A stretch of DNA of 26,166 nucleotides from a virus (IMGVR_UViG_3300007547_000015:1-26166), one strand, 5' to 3'. Numbered from the stretch's first letter, positions 1-8,830 are shown. The notes: generated by a model not told the origin, from the letters alone. Made by a program: numbers and translations.

Positions 1-122
1 ACAACATAAACTTGGTCAGCGGCATTTGGCACAACGCCTCCCGCCCAAGTAGACGTAGCGTTTGGATTTGCGTTTACTTCATACCCAACACCATCGTTGC
101 GATTACTGTAGATTGTTGCCAT
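1..122 (-). CDS. 5' end of a probable virion/fibre protein with a G8-like N-terminal motif (runs off window)
   Basis: Hand-translated from ATG at 122: MATIYSNRNDGVGYEVNANPNATSTWAGGVVPNAADQVYV..., open to the window edge. TWxGGxVPxxxDxV resembles the G8-domain N-terminus. Overlaps the upstream gene by 20 nt. Not in the ORF track. Confidence 0.7.
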   Translation of the reverse strand, partial: MATIYSNRNDGVGYEVNANPNATSTWAGGVVPNAADQVYV

Positions 123-378
123 CTAACTTGTTGTTTAACGCATCAATTACAGAAGAGATAAAGTAAATGTCATCGCTCAATTCACGAAGAACATAATCGT
201 CCGTTGTGTCTTTATCCATTTCATCAAAATTCTTTTGCAACTGCTCACGAATGGATTCAAGTTGCTCAAGGTCTACGTTGCTTGAAATGGTTGCAGTAGC
301 AACCTCACCATCAAATTCAAATGGTAAGGTTTTTATTGCGAGACCAAGGAGTTTTATGCTCTCTGAAATGTTTGACAT
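103..378 (-). CDS. Hypothetical acidic protein (91 aa)
   Basis: ORF track; TAATG stop/start coupling at 378; same strand as the structural arm. Confidence 0.8.
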   Translation of the reverse strand: MSNISESIKLLGLAIKTLPFEFDGEVATATISSNVDLEQLESIREQLQKNFDEMDKDTTDDYVLRELSDDIYFISSVIDALNNKLDGNNLQ

Positions 379-752
379 TACTCTTCTTTTAATGTTTGGA
401 TTTTTGGAATATCCTTACGTGTTGCTTGAACGTAGTAATAAAATGAGATATTCTTTGCACGTGACTTAACGATGATTCTATCATCACATATAGAATCTAC
501 ATATAAAGACTGCGCTTTGCCCGTTGGCGTAAGTTGAACTGTTATCGTGTCACAATCAACGAGCCACTTCCAATCTTCTGGAAGATGGATTACTCCGGTT
601 GAATTTCCACGAATGTATACGGAATGCTCTGGGCCTTCCACCACACCATACACAAGTCTAAAGCCGGGCTTTAATGGGTGCTTAATGCTAAATGATTTCT
701 CAATAGCCTCAAGCAGCCCATTAATATTTACATCCGATAGGAACTTAATCAT
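378..752 (-). CDS. Stand-alone tail-fibre C-terminal (chaperone-like) domain protein (124 aa)
   Basis: KSFxIxHP...L.YG..EGPE..VYIRG...LP..W...TITVQLTP...F.Y.V.A.RKD pattern, which I recognise as the usual C-terminus of long fibre proteins in aquatic phages. Chaperone function is inferred. Confidence 0.65.
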   Translation of the reverse strand: MIKFLSDVNINGLLEAIEKSFSIKHPLKPGFRLVYGVVEGPEHSVYIRGNSTGVIHLPEDWKWLVDCDTITVQLTPTGKAQSLYVDSICDDRIIVKSRAKNISFYYYVQATRKDIPKIQTLKEE

Positions 753-767
753 AACCTAAAGTTACGA

Positions 768-3185
768 TTAGATTGCTGCAAAAATAACTACCCGAATTGA
801 ATTGTCAGCAGGTGCTGTAGCAAAGTTCAATGTTACCGTATTCGTGTCTGTACGTACAACATCCGTATAGATTGTATCGTATGTTGTAGTGTCATACAAT
901 TGAACAATTACATCACGAGTAGCAAGGTTGTGTGTGATGGGAATTGTGGTTGCACCCGTGCCAATCGTAGCAACATATCTGCGCTTGGTTAATTCAGCCG
1001 TTACGCCAATTTCAGTCAAACTGAAACTTACGTTTGCAGAACCATCAACCGCTTTAGTGCTTGAACCAATGGTTACGTTGCGAGACGTACCCCAAGAAGC
1101 AGTCGTAATGTTGGCAGAGCCATTGAAACTTGTTCCGTTAATGGTTCTTGCGGTTGCAAGAGTAGTTGCAGTTCCTGCGTTACCCGTTATGGAGATTCCC
1201 CAAGTGCCAGATTCGTGAACAACACGATACCAAGGCATATTAGTTGTACCAACTACATCCGTTGTTTTGAAGGTATTTGTAAAGTAGTAGCCTCCGTTAG
1301 CAGTACCCTGGTCTACAGCAACAATAGCATTGTCAATTTCAGAAGAACCGTCAGCAGCCGTAGAGCGAGTCCACGCACCAGCGTTTACAATGTAGATTCC
1401 GTTTTCACGTTGCGCAGTTTGGCTCTTAACCAATACACGGTCACCCGCCACACAAGAGATTCCATCAATTGTTTGCGCCCCGGTAAGTGCAATATTTCCC
1501 GTTGTAGCAGCCTTTACCGACTTCTTAAAGTTAGAAGTTGGGAATAGGGTAAGGTCGGCAACAGGAAGTGTAGTGGTGATTGTAATGTTTGCACCACCAT
1601 TGAAACTTGCTGAACCACTTACAACTCCGCCAACGGTAATTGTACGTGCTGTTTTAAGGGTTACGGCTGTGTTTGCAGCAATTTCTGCCTCTGTCCAAGT
1701 AACGGCAGCAGAACCATCTACGTTCTTTGAAGTTCCACCAATGCTAATCGCTCTGGCTGTTCCCCAAGAAGCAGTAGTGATGTTTGCGCTACCATTAAAA
1801 CTCGTTCCGTTGATGGTACGACCAGTAGTAAGCGTAGCAGCACTACCGCTTACGCTAATACCCCACGTTCCGTTTTCGTGGACAGCACGATACCAAGGCA
1901 TCGCAGTAGTTCCAACAACATCGGAAGACTTGAATACGTTGGTGAAGTAGTATCCACCATTAGTAGTACCTTCATCAACCGCAACGATTGCGCTATCAAT
2001 TTCGGTAGAGCCATCGGCAGCAGTTGAACGTGTCCAAGCACCCGTTGAAACAACATAGATACCATTCTGCGCAGCAGTTGTCTGATTCTTTACAAGAACA
2101 CGGTTACCTGCTACAACGGCAACGCCATCAATCGTTTGAACATTACTTAATGTGATGTTTGCCGTAGTGGCTACACGTACTGACTTCTTATAGTTTGAAG
2201 TAGGGAACAAGGTAAGGTCTTGAGCAGCAAGTGCTACGTTTGGAGTCCAACCCTCTCCTGCAGTTCCTGTAACAACAATACCATTGTTTCCTGTTACACT
2301 TGCAACGTAGTTACCCGTAGTGTCTGTTCCAAGAGCAACGGAGTTCGCAGCGATGGCAGCATTAAGGGTCATATTTGCTGTACCATCAATGGTTACGTTA
2401 CCCGTAAGGTCTCCACCAAGAGTCAGCACTCGTGCAGTACCCCACTTATCTGCTGTAGCAGCACGTCCAGGGATTCCCCAAGACAAAGAACCTGCCGTAG
2501 CACCTGCGATAAGCGAATTTCCGCTATTGGTAGTTCCGGTTGCGGGTACGTGAAGGTTTCCATCACCCGTTGGGTGAGAGTAGTTATTATATTCCGTAGA
2601 AAGCGGAATATTGTAATATGTAGTTCCGTTATTGGTGAATGTCCATCTGTCTGTTGTCTCGTTCCAAAGAACGTCAACCTTTGATGAAGACCCACGATTT
2701 ACCGTAATACCTGCATTCTCCGTTGGGGTTGCAGCAGCGTTACTATTAAGTTCAAGGATATTGTCTTGAATAGTTACGGTCTCGGTATTTACTTGGGTAG
2801 TAGTTCCACTAACGGTAAGGTTTCCTGCGATTGTAACAGTAGTGCCATCGTCAGTAATTGAAGAATTAACTAACTGACCATTCGTGCCATCCCACTTTAA
2901 TACTTTGTTTGCCGTGAGTGAGCCACTTCCTTTCAATGAAAGAGTAAGGCTTCCAGATGCACCACCGCCATCAAGACCACCGTTTGTATTTACTGCCTCA
3001 ATATCTCCACTTACGGCCTTCCAAGTAGGCGTAGCACCACCAACGGTACATAGGTAAATGATACCACCATTGTAATAGATTTGTCCCTCAACAGGGTTTG
3101 ATGGTGCTGTACCTAATGGTTGAATTACTGCGTTTTGCAGTTCATTCTTGTTTAGGTCAATGTGATTTAAAAACTTGACTGCCAT
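768..3185 (-). CDS. Long tail fibre / virion fibre protein (805 aa)
   Basis: Gly/Thr/Ala/Asn-rich; repeated TARTI...FNGSANIT units; two copies of an RVLVKxQT..xNGIYxV..GAWTR domain; C-terminal THNL module. Confidence 0.88.
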   Translation of the reverse strand: MAVKFLNHIDLNKNELQNAVIQPLGTAPSNPVEGQIYYNGGIIYLCTVGGATPTWKAVSGDIEAVNTNGGLDGGGASGSLTLSLKGSGSLTANKVLKWDGTNGQLVNSSITDDGTTVTIAGNLTVSGTTTQVNTETVTIQDNILELNSNAAATPTENAGITVNRGSSSKVDVLWNETTDRWTFTNNGTTYYNIPLSTEYNNYSHPTGDGNLHVPATGTTNSGNSLIAGATAGSLSWGIPGRAATADKWGTARVLTLGGDLTGNVTIDGTANMTLNAAIAANSVALGTDTTGNYVASVTGNNGIVVTGTAGEGWTPNVALAAQDLTLFPTSNYKKSVRVATTANITLSNVQTIDGVAVVAGNRVLVKNQTTAAQNGIYVVSTGAWTRSTAADGSTEIDSAIVAVDEGTTNGGYYFTNVFKSSDVVGTTAMPWYRAVHENGTWGISVSGSAATLTTGRTINGTSFNGSANITTASWGTARAISIGGTSKNVDGSAAVTWTEAEIAANTAVTLKTARTITVGGVVSGSASFNGGANITITTTLPVADLTLFPTSNFKKSVKAATTGNIALTGAQTIDGISCVAGDRVLVKSQTAQRENGIYIVNAGAWTRSTAADGSSEIDNAIVAVDQGTANGGYYFTNTFKTTDVVGTTNMPWYRVVHESGTWGISITGNAGTATTLATARTINGTSFNGSANITTASWGTSRNVTIGSSTKAVDGSANVSFSLTEIGVTAELTKRRYVATIGTGATTIPITHNLATRDVIVQLYDTTTYDTIYTDVVRTDTNTVTLNFATAPADNSIRVVIFAAI
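1020..2219 (-). repeat. Internal duplication of a ~176-179 aa block within the fibre gene
   Basis: Copy 1 at ~2219-1692 (DLTLFPTSNYKKSV...VDGSAAVTWT); copy 2 at ~1556-1020 (DLTLFPTSNFKKSV...VDGSANVSFS). Starts are 663 nt apart and copy 2 has a 3-aa insertion. Confidence 0.93.
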
Positions 3186-3187
3186 AA

Positions 3188-4126
3188 TTAATTTATATAT
3201 GCTTTTCCGGAGAAACTACTACTGAAATTTACAATAATTTGATTAAGTGTGATGTAGTTAACATCACCAACAACAACACTACCTGCTGAATCAACAACAG
3301 TCGCTGATGGATATTTACCAAGGTTGTGGTTAATAGTCCAAGAGTTTGATGCAGTTCCTTGTGTGTGTACGTACTCAATGGCTTTGTTTTCCCAAATGCT
3401 ATTACCGGAGTTGTACAACAATGCGTTGCGATTTGATGGAGAAGTGATTGACACATCGTGTAATTCGCCTACTTCAAATCCATTCTGAACACGAACAACC
3501 ATTGACCCTGCCGTTGGGTGTGAGCGTGTAACAACGCCCAAGAAAACCGAATGGTTTGGTGTTTGCGGTGGAACTGATGTCATTTGACCCGCAACCGTGT
3601 CAAGCCACATATTGGTTCCCGCTACAATCTCCGATGTGTCAAGCGTGTGGATTGTACCAAGAACTGTTACATAACCATCTGATTCGTGACCAATATTGCC
3701 ATTTACAATGCCAAACGTCTTTGATGACGTAACCTCTGATGTCGCAGATGCAAGGGCTATAGTCGGTCTGTTCCCGGTAGAACCATTTAAATAAATAACG
3801 CTCCCGTTTGGGATAAGAGAACCGCTATTATTTCTTACGGCAATATCAATGCGTTCTGCCTTATCTACCACGCCATCGTTATCTGTGTCGTATGTAGCAC
3901 GAAGCATAAAATTGCCCGAACCTCCACTGATACCAAGGTCGGCAGCAACGTCAGATGTCAGACGAGTTACAAGCCTTCCGTTTTCATCAATGGTAAGATA
4001 TACCTCTGCTGCATCCGCAGTATTGTCTGGGGACACAAATACATCGTCAATGAAATGTTTTTTACCCTTGATAAATTGATTGCCAAGGGTTCTTACAAAT
4101 GTATTGATGTTTTCAATGTTACTCAC
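3188..4126 (-). CDS. Multi-module virion structural/fibre-associated protein (312 aa, GTG start)
   Basis: V.T.GxQxIxGxKxF fibre-like repeat; YDTDNDGVVD (DxDxDG Ca-binding-like loop); central beta module ending QNGxExxELHDV; C-terminal HNLG module. Confidence 0.75.
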   Translation of the reverse strand: MSNIENINTFVRTLGNQFIKGKKHFIDDVFVSPDNTADAAEVYLTIDENGRLVTRLTSDVAADLGISGGSGNFMLRATYDTDNDGVVDKAERIDIAVRNNSGSLIPNGSVIYLNGSTGNRPTIALASATSEVTSSKTFGIVNGNIGHESDGYVTVLGTIHTLDTSEIVAGTNMWLDTVAGQMTSVPPQTPNHSVFLGVVTRSHPTAGSMVVRVQNGFEVGELHDVSITSPSNRNALLYNSGNSIWENKAIEYVHTQGTASNSWTINHNLGKYPSATVVDSAGSVVVGDVNYITLNQIIVNFSSSFSGKAYIN

Positions 4127-4625
4127 AAGTTCCGTCTAAACGAATTGATGGATAATATACTGATGAATTGTATGTGTCATCCTCTACAAATAGGTCATTG
4201 CTGCTCTCTTGAGCCTTTGCTAAAAGCAAAGCATCTGCCTTAATGTAGTTAACTATTCGTTTATTGATGTATTCTATTTTTGAATCAATAGTAGAAACGA
4301 TTGAATCAATAGACATACTATCAAGAGATTTTTCCTCTGATTTTGTTTTTGCAATTGCCGTGCGCAAAAGCATGGCAGAAGACTTGACTGAGTATAAGCA
4401 AAGGCTATACTTAACCAATTTAAATAATCCCAATTGAGACTCTGTTAAGACCTCATCGTAAACTCCCTGCTCAAGTTCCTCGTATAATGTAGTCCCAAGC
4501 AAATCTTGAATAGATGTTGCTTGTTCCATTACAATTATTGAGAGGAGTGCAGATTTATCAAACCGACTTGGTAGTGGGTAGTTTTGATAAATGTAGTTAT
4601 CGTCAATGAAAAGTACCTTAACCAT
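4119..4625 (-). CDS. Probable head-tail adaptor/connector (168 aa)
   Basis: Directly follows the portal; helical, with an IQDLLGTTLYEEL motif typical of portal-downstream proteins in Bacteroidota phages. Start reassigned to ATG 4625 (MVKVLFID), overlapping the portal stop by 8 nt. Confidence 0.6.
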   Translation of the reverse strand: MVKVLFIDDNYIYQNYPLPSRFDKSALLSIIVMEQATSIQDLLGTTLYEELEQGVYDEVLTESQLGLFKLVKYSLCLYSVKSSAMLLRTAIAKTKSEEKSLDSMSIDSIVSTIDSKIEYINKRIVNYIKADALLLAKAQESSNDLFVEDDTYNSSVYYPSIRLDGTCE

Positions 4626-5871
4626 TTTGTGCCGGATTATTTTGAGTGATGTCTGTAGTGTTAGCACCCTTCAATGCCTCAAGATTAATCTGCTCTTCAA
4701 CTACTGAAAGGTTAATTTTCTCATAATTAACTGTAGCCAAAACACGTCCAATCGCATCCATTAGCAATTGACGATTAGGCAATGTCTCTGTAGCACGGAA
4801 GATTTGATATGCTGTAACAAGTTCGTTTCCGGTACCGCCAAGTTTACCTGCAACCATGACACCAAACAATGTTGGAGATGTCACGTTATGTGCAGTAAGA
4901 ATCTTTGAGTCGTTAAGACGAGCAAGGATATCTACAGTCTTGTCAAGGTTATTTACGTCAAGAGTTTTAAACTCTGGGGCTTCGTCCTTGTTCTTGACCC
5001 AAGATACGATTACGGGTTCAGCCTCTGAGCCAACAAATGATGCCTTGAATTTCTCGTACTCTTCACGCTTTTGTTCGTTGCTCATGTTACGTCCAATGAA
5101 CGTAGCAAGAACCTTTGGTGTGAATGAATTCGCTGCGGAGTTACGGATGTGTTTACCAAACTCGTAATCAGCATTGATGAAGTGAAAGGCAGAAATATAG
5201 TTAGGGATTCCGTAGTAAGAGTTACCGCTATATGGGTTCTTTACGTACAGGACTTGCTCACGAACCTTGTCGTACTTATCAAATGCCTTAATCTTTGTTG
5301 GCGTATTATGCTGCATAGATACAGCCATGTTGCCAAATCGTCTACGGACGATATAGTGCGTGACCTTTCCATCAATCGGTTCTGCTGCCCGAACTCCTTT
5401 TACGTCAAGTGAGCGAAACTCAATCAACTTGGTGTGGTCTTGATTCCACTTGATGTAGAAAGCAAATGCTCCGTGCAATTCATATTGAAAGGCTGCGTGT
5501 ACAATCTGGGAGTACAGGCCCTCTGACTTTCCTGCGCAGTTGGCTAAAAAAGCCTTAATCTCCGCTTGCTTTGCAGGTGTCTTATACGCATCCAAGTTAT
5601 ATTCAATATCACGCCCGGAGACCATCTTTGCTTTCTTGGTCACAATGCCGGAATGAACGGGAGATTGCTTGAACATCTTTTCAAGAACAACAGAAAAATC
5701 GTCATTTAATCCGAATTTAATGTAATCTCCAACAGGCGTATTTCCTACATTGTAACGACCATTGAGGCTCTCAATAGATTTCTCAAGGGGGTTGCTTGCT
5801 ACATTGCTTTCCGTTGCTACAACGTAAGTATTCGCTGCGAAGTAATCAACTATGTTGTCCCAAAGTCCCAT
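4618..5871 (-). CDS. Portal protein (417 aa)
   Basis: FG.NDDF...SPVHSGIV..K, YYGIPNYISA, ILTAHNVTSPTLFG motifs and size match portals of Bacteroidota phages. Confidence 0.88.
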   Translation of the reverse strand: MGLWDNIVDYFAANTYVVATESNVASNPLEKSIESLNGRYNVGNTPVGDYIKFGLNDDFSVVLEKMFKQSPVHSGIVTKKAKMVSGRDIEYNLDAYKTPAKQAEIKAFLANCAGKSEGLYSQIVHAAFQYELHGAFAFYIKWNQDHTKLIEFRSLDVKGVRAAEPIDGKVTHYIVRRRFGNMAVSMQHNTPTKIKAFDKYDKVREQVLYVKNPYSGNSYYGIPNYISAFHFINADYEFGKHIRNSAANSFTPKVLATFIGRNMSNEQKREEYEKFKASFVGSEAEPVIVSWVKNKDEAPEFKTLDVNNLDKTVDILARLNDSKILTAHNVTSPTLFGVMVAGKLGGTGNELVTAYQIFRATETLPNRQLLMDAIGRVLATVNYEKINLSVVEEQINLEALKGANTTDITQNNPAQNG

Positions 5872-5879
5872 TCTGTACT

Positions 5880-5888
5880 AATTTACAA
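5880..5888 (-). promoter_or_regulatory. TTGTAAATT motif 8 nt upstream of portal ATG (candidate late promoter)
   Basis: Minus strand CTTGTAAATTAGTACAGAATG; the motif recurs at other gene starts. It also contains the upstream TAA stop. Confidence 0.55.
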
Positions 5889-6227
5889 GTTACTGATTTT
5901 TACTGTATCAGAAAACAGTGAGTTTTGATTTGTTGATGTAATGTACTCGTGGTCAATTACATTACAAATATAACGACCGTACTCCCCATTTTCGCCAGAA
6001 ATGGTTATGTAATATTCTCCTCCTTCAATGCTTGTTGTAGCCAAGTCTATTGGAAGGACGATAAATTCATTGCAGTCATTCAGAAGACCAAGGTCTTGAA
6101 GTCCGTAAAAATTATACTCCTTTGTCCCAACAACTTTAGATAGTTTCATATTGAAACTGTTTTGATTCATCTCGTATGTACGGATGAATGAAAGATAGTT
6201 AATAAGGCCGTTCTTGACTGATTTCAT
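5883..6227 (-). CDS. Small beta-rich virion protein, possibly head completion (114 aa)
   Basis: ORF track; lies between tail tube and portal; GEYYITI motif. Function inferred from position only. Confidence 0.65.
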   Translation of the reverse strand: MKSVKNGLINYLSFIRTYEMNQNSFNMKLSKVVGTKEYNFYGLQDLGLLNDCNEFIVLPIDLATTSIEGGEYYITISGENGEYGRYICNVIDHEYITSTNQNSLFSDTVKISNL

Positions 6228-6232
6228 ATTTT

Positions 6233-6266
6233 AAAAATAAAAAAGGGGAGGGGAATCCCCCTCCCC
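6233..6266 (-). terminator. Intrinsic terminator after the tail tube gene
   Basis: Minus strand GGGGAGGGG-GATT-CCCCTCCCC (9-bp stem, 6245-6266) followed by TTTTTTATTTTT. Confidence 0.9.
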
Positions 6267-6288
6267 AATCTATTTAGAGAAATGCTTA

Positions 6289-6837
6289 TTAAGCACCTAC
6301 CTTAGCGAAGGCAGCAGCATCCATAGTCAATGCGAGAGAGTTCTCGTCACCAACCAAGGTCAACTGATAACGGTTCTTGTCGGTACGAGAAGCACCAGAA
6401 GCACCATCAACAGAAGAAGCATACAGACCGAACTCATAACCAACAGCGTGGTAAGTTCCGGCAGCAGTCTCAACAAAAGCAACCAATTCAGCACCGGGAA
6501 CAGCAATAGCCTCCAAAGAGTTACGCTTGTCAGAGTTCATGCGCAAGAACTCCATCTGAATGGTAGGAACACAAGAAGAAGTTCCATCAGCGTTTACAGT
6601 CTTAACGTCTGTAAAGTTAGAGAAACCATCTTTATTGTTGAAGCCCAACTCCAATACAACGGTAGGAGTAGTAGAAAGGTTAGCAGCGATGCTCAAAGCA
6701 CCTGCGCTTACCGTCACACCACCGTTCTCAAGCAAGTCGGCACGGTCAACAAGGTAAACAGATTTCAAACCGCCAGAGGCTAATTCACCACAAGCGTAAG
6801 AAACTGAAAGGCCAGTAAAATCAACAGGACATCCCAT
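6289..6837 (-). CDS. Major tail (tube) protein (182 aa)
   Basis: N-terminal MxC...G....C....GGLKSVY and C-terminal G...G...D.N.YxLTLxGxE pattern of Bacteroidota siphovirus tail tubes; follows the capsid gene and precedes a strong terminator. Confidence 0.78.
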   Translation of the reverse strand: MGCPVDFTGLSVSYACGELASGGLKSVYLVDRADLLENGGVTVSAGALSIAANLSTTPTVVLELGFNNKDGFSNFTDVKTVNADGTSSCVPTIQMEFLRMNSDKRNSLEAIAVPGAELVAFVETAAGTYHAVGYEFGLYASSVDGASGASRTDKNRYQLTLVGDENSLALTMDAAAFAKVGA

Positions 6838-6864
6838 TTTAATGATATAGATTAGGTTGGTTTA

Positions 6865-6884
6865 GGGGAGTATTTCTACTCCCC
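6865..6884 (-). promoter_or_regulatory. GAAA-tetraloop RNA hairpin between capsid and tail tube genes
   Basis: Minus strand GGGGAGTA-GAAA-TACTCCCC, a perfect 8-bp stem followed by TAAACCAACC rather than a U-run. Confidence 0.7.
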
Positions 6885-6898
6885 CTTACCGATTATTA

Positions 6899-7792
6899 TT
6901 AGGCGAAATTCTTGGCGTAAACAATCTCAGAACCCTTCAAGTAGGAGAAGCCCAACTTGAATTGACCCCAAATCTTGTCAGAAGACAATTCAGCCTCCCA
7001 CTTCATGTCAATGGCACGAACGTCATTGTACTCGTCAGTCAACATAACGATGTTTTCTGGAGCAGAAATGATGAACTCACCGGCAGCCAAAGAAGGGAAG
7101 TGAATAACTTCCATACCGTAGTATGCGGGAATGTTACCCTCAACAACACCTTGAGCAGTCGTAGTGTACAAGCCTGCGATAGCGATTTGATAAGCCTGTA
7201 CAGCAGCAGTACCCATGAAGAAAGCGGGCTTCAACTGACGGTCAGCATCACCGTAAACGGCAGCCAACATAACAGCACTCATAGTCTCGTAAGCACCTTG
7301 CATCTTAGCCAAGATGTTAGCAGAAGTCAAAGCAGCATTGGTATCGTAATCAAGAACAGCAGCGTCAGCAGCGAGTTCAGTAGTGATAGCCGTAGCAGCC
7401 AATTCCAAAGCCTTCTGAGCAGACAATTTAGCGAAGTAATCAAAAACCCAATCCTTGAACTGAGCATCCATAGTCTCTTCGTTGTGCTGTCCTTGCTTGA
7501 GCAATACAGAACGGTAGGTGGTCTCAAGAACATTCTTGCAGTTCAAGAAAGCCCACTTGTAGGTGCTAACCGTCATCTCTTTCTCGTCAATAGAGGCAGA
7601 AGATTGTGGGTCAAAAGCACACAGGTCAGAACCAAAGGTCAAGGAAGCATCAAAGATGGGAACTTGAACCTTTGACTTTACTCCGTCAATAAGACGGAAG
7701 CGGTCAAGCACTTTAGCACTCTTTACCATTGAATCAATAAAGAGGCCGGGGGTGCGATTTCCCCAATCCAAAGTAGCAACTGAAATCGCCAT
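6899..7792 (-). CDS. Major capsid protein (297 aa)
   Basis: Directly after the protease/scaffold; size and motifs (IDGVKSK, FGSDLCAF, YYGMEV...LAAG, LTDEYNDVRAIDM) fit an HK97-fold capsid of Bacteroidota phages; flanked by regulatory elements. Confidence 0.85.
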   Translation of the reverse strand: MAISVATLDWGNRTPGLFIDSMVKSAKVLDRFRLIDGVKSKVQVPIFDASLTFGSDLCAFDPQSSASIDEKEMTVSTYKWAFLNCKNVLETTYRSVLLKQGQHNEETMDAQFKDWVFDYFAKLSAQKALELAATAITTELAADAAVLDYDTNAALTSANILAKMQGAYETMSAVMLAAVYGDADRQLKPAFFMGTAAVQAYQIAIAGLYTTTAQGVVEGNIPAYYGMEVIHFPSLAAGEFIISAPENIVMLTDEYNDVRAIDMKWEAELSSDKIWGQFKLGFSYLKGSEIVYAKNFA

Positions 7793-7814
7793 TTTACTAT
7801 AGTTTATTTAGTTT

Positions 7815-7823
7815 AATTTACAA
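7815..7823 (-). promoter_or_regulatory. TTGTAAATT motif 22 nt upstream of capsid ATG (candidate late promoter)
   Basis: Intergenic; minus strand AATTGTAAATTAAACTAAATAAACTATAGTAAAATG. Confidence 0.6.
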
Positions 7824-7825
7824 TT

Positions 7826-8830
7826 TTAATAAAAACGCTTGCCAAAGAACTTGTCAATCATATTTACTTTCTCTGAAGTGATTCGCTCAAAGGAGCGTGT
7901 CTTGTCTTCAACTACCTCATTAGAAGGCTCAATACCCTCTTGTTCGGCAGACAAAGCCAATTCAGCCTCTAAGACAGAGTTCACTTCGGACTCTTGATTT
8001 TCAGCAGAAAGAGCCTCTTCAACCACAACCTCTTCGGCCTGGGGTGCTTCCTCGGAAAGGACAATCTCCTCTACCTCGTTAACAGCCTCAACAACCTCTT
8101 CGGCAGCGGGTTCTTCAGCGGACATTTCTACTACTTCTTGTGTTGGCTCTGAAGTAACTTCTTCAGTTTGAGCAAATTTCTCTTGAGTCTCAGCCCAAAG
8201 TTCCATAACCGCAGAGTGGTCATCAGAAATTTTTGCTAAGGTTGCCTCAATTTTAGAAATACGCTCACCCAACTCTACAGCGAATTTGAAATCCATTTCA
8301 CTATTTAAGTTTTGTTCAACGATATCTGTTTTAATTTCAATGGAAAAACCATTGAGTTGGTTAGATTTAATCTCCTCCCAAAGTTGTTCAGACTCAATCT
8401 GAGCCTTAACAAATACAGTTCCAATCGGAAGATTGTAGCCGTATGCGTTGCTTTTGTCCTGTTCTGAATCTTTCATCCAAACCTCAAGCATTGTAACGTC
8501 AGTCGTTTCAATAGCGTGTTCAATGTTGAAAGAGTTAAACAAACCACTCTTGCTATATTTATACATTATCTTCTCAATCGTGTCCTTTGGGAATACAATG
8601 TTGTATTCTCCCATTACTGCACTTCTGCGGTAGATGGGCATATCTGGAATCATGATTGGGCCGACAACTTGTTTCTTCTCCTCGTTTGCAAATTTAAACG
8701 AGTGTTCTTCTTCTGAAGACAATGTAATAAATCCCTCCTCAATGGCGGGACGATTAACCAATGAAATTCTAAACATACCGCTGTCCTCGGCTTCGCCAAG
8801 TACAACCTTGTAAAGTGGTAGGTTATTCAT
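7826..8830 (-). CDS. Prohead protease (XkdF-like) fused to an acidic scaffold-like C-terminus (334 aa)
   Basis: ISLVxRPAIEE, GPIMIPDMPIYR, NIEH, LPIGT and GFSIE motifs of XkdF-type serine prohead proteases; the last ~155 aa are Glu-rich with a basic tip (FFGKRFY). Confidence 0.88.
   Translation of the reverse strand: MNNLPLYKVVLGEAEDSGMFRISLVNRPAIEEGFITLSSEEEHSFKFANEEKKQVVGPIMIPDMPIYRRSAVMGEYNIVFPKDTIEKIMYKYSKSGLFNSFNIEHAIETTDVTMLEVWMKDSEQDKSNAYGYNLPIGTVFVKAQIESEQLWEEIKSNQLNGFSIEIKTDIVEQNLNSEMDFKFAVELGERISKIEATLAKISDDHSAVMELWAETQEKFAQTEEVTSEPTQEVVEMSAEEPAAEEVVEAVNEVEEIVLSEEAPQAEEVVVEEALSAENQESEVNSVLEAELALSAEQEGIEPSNEVVEDKTRSFERITSEKVNMIDKFFGKRFY

Noticed and set aside
1020-2219. Possible DGR template/variable repeat pair
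   Set aside because: Both copies are in frame within one gene, differences are largely synonymous rather than adenine-specific, and no reverse transcriptase is present in the window.
6962-7675. 237-aa plus-strand ORF antisense to the capsid gene
   Set aside because: Ser/Leu-rich shadow of a strongly codon-biased gene; no initiation context or recognisable motif.
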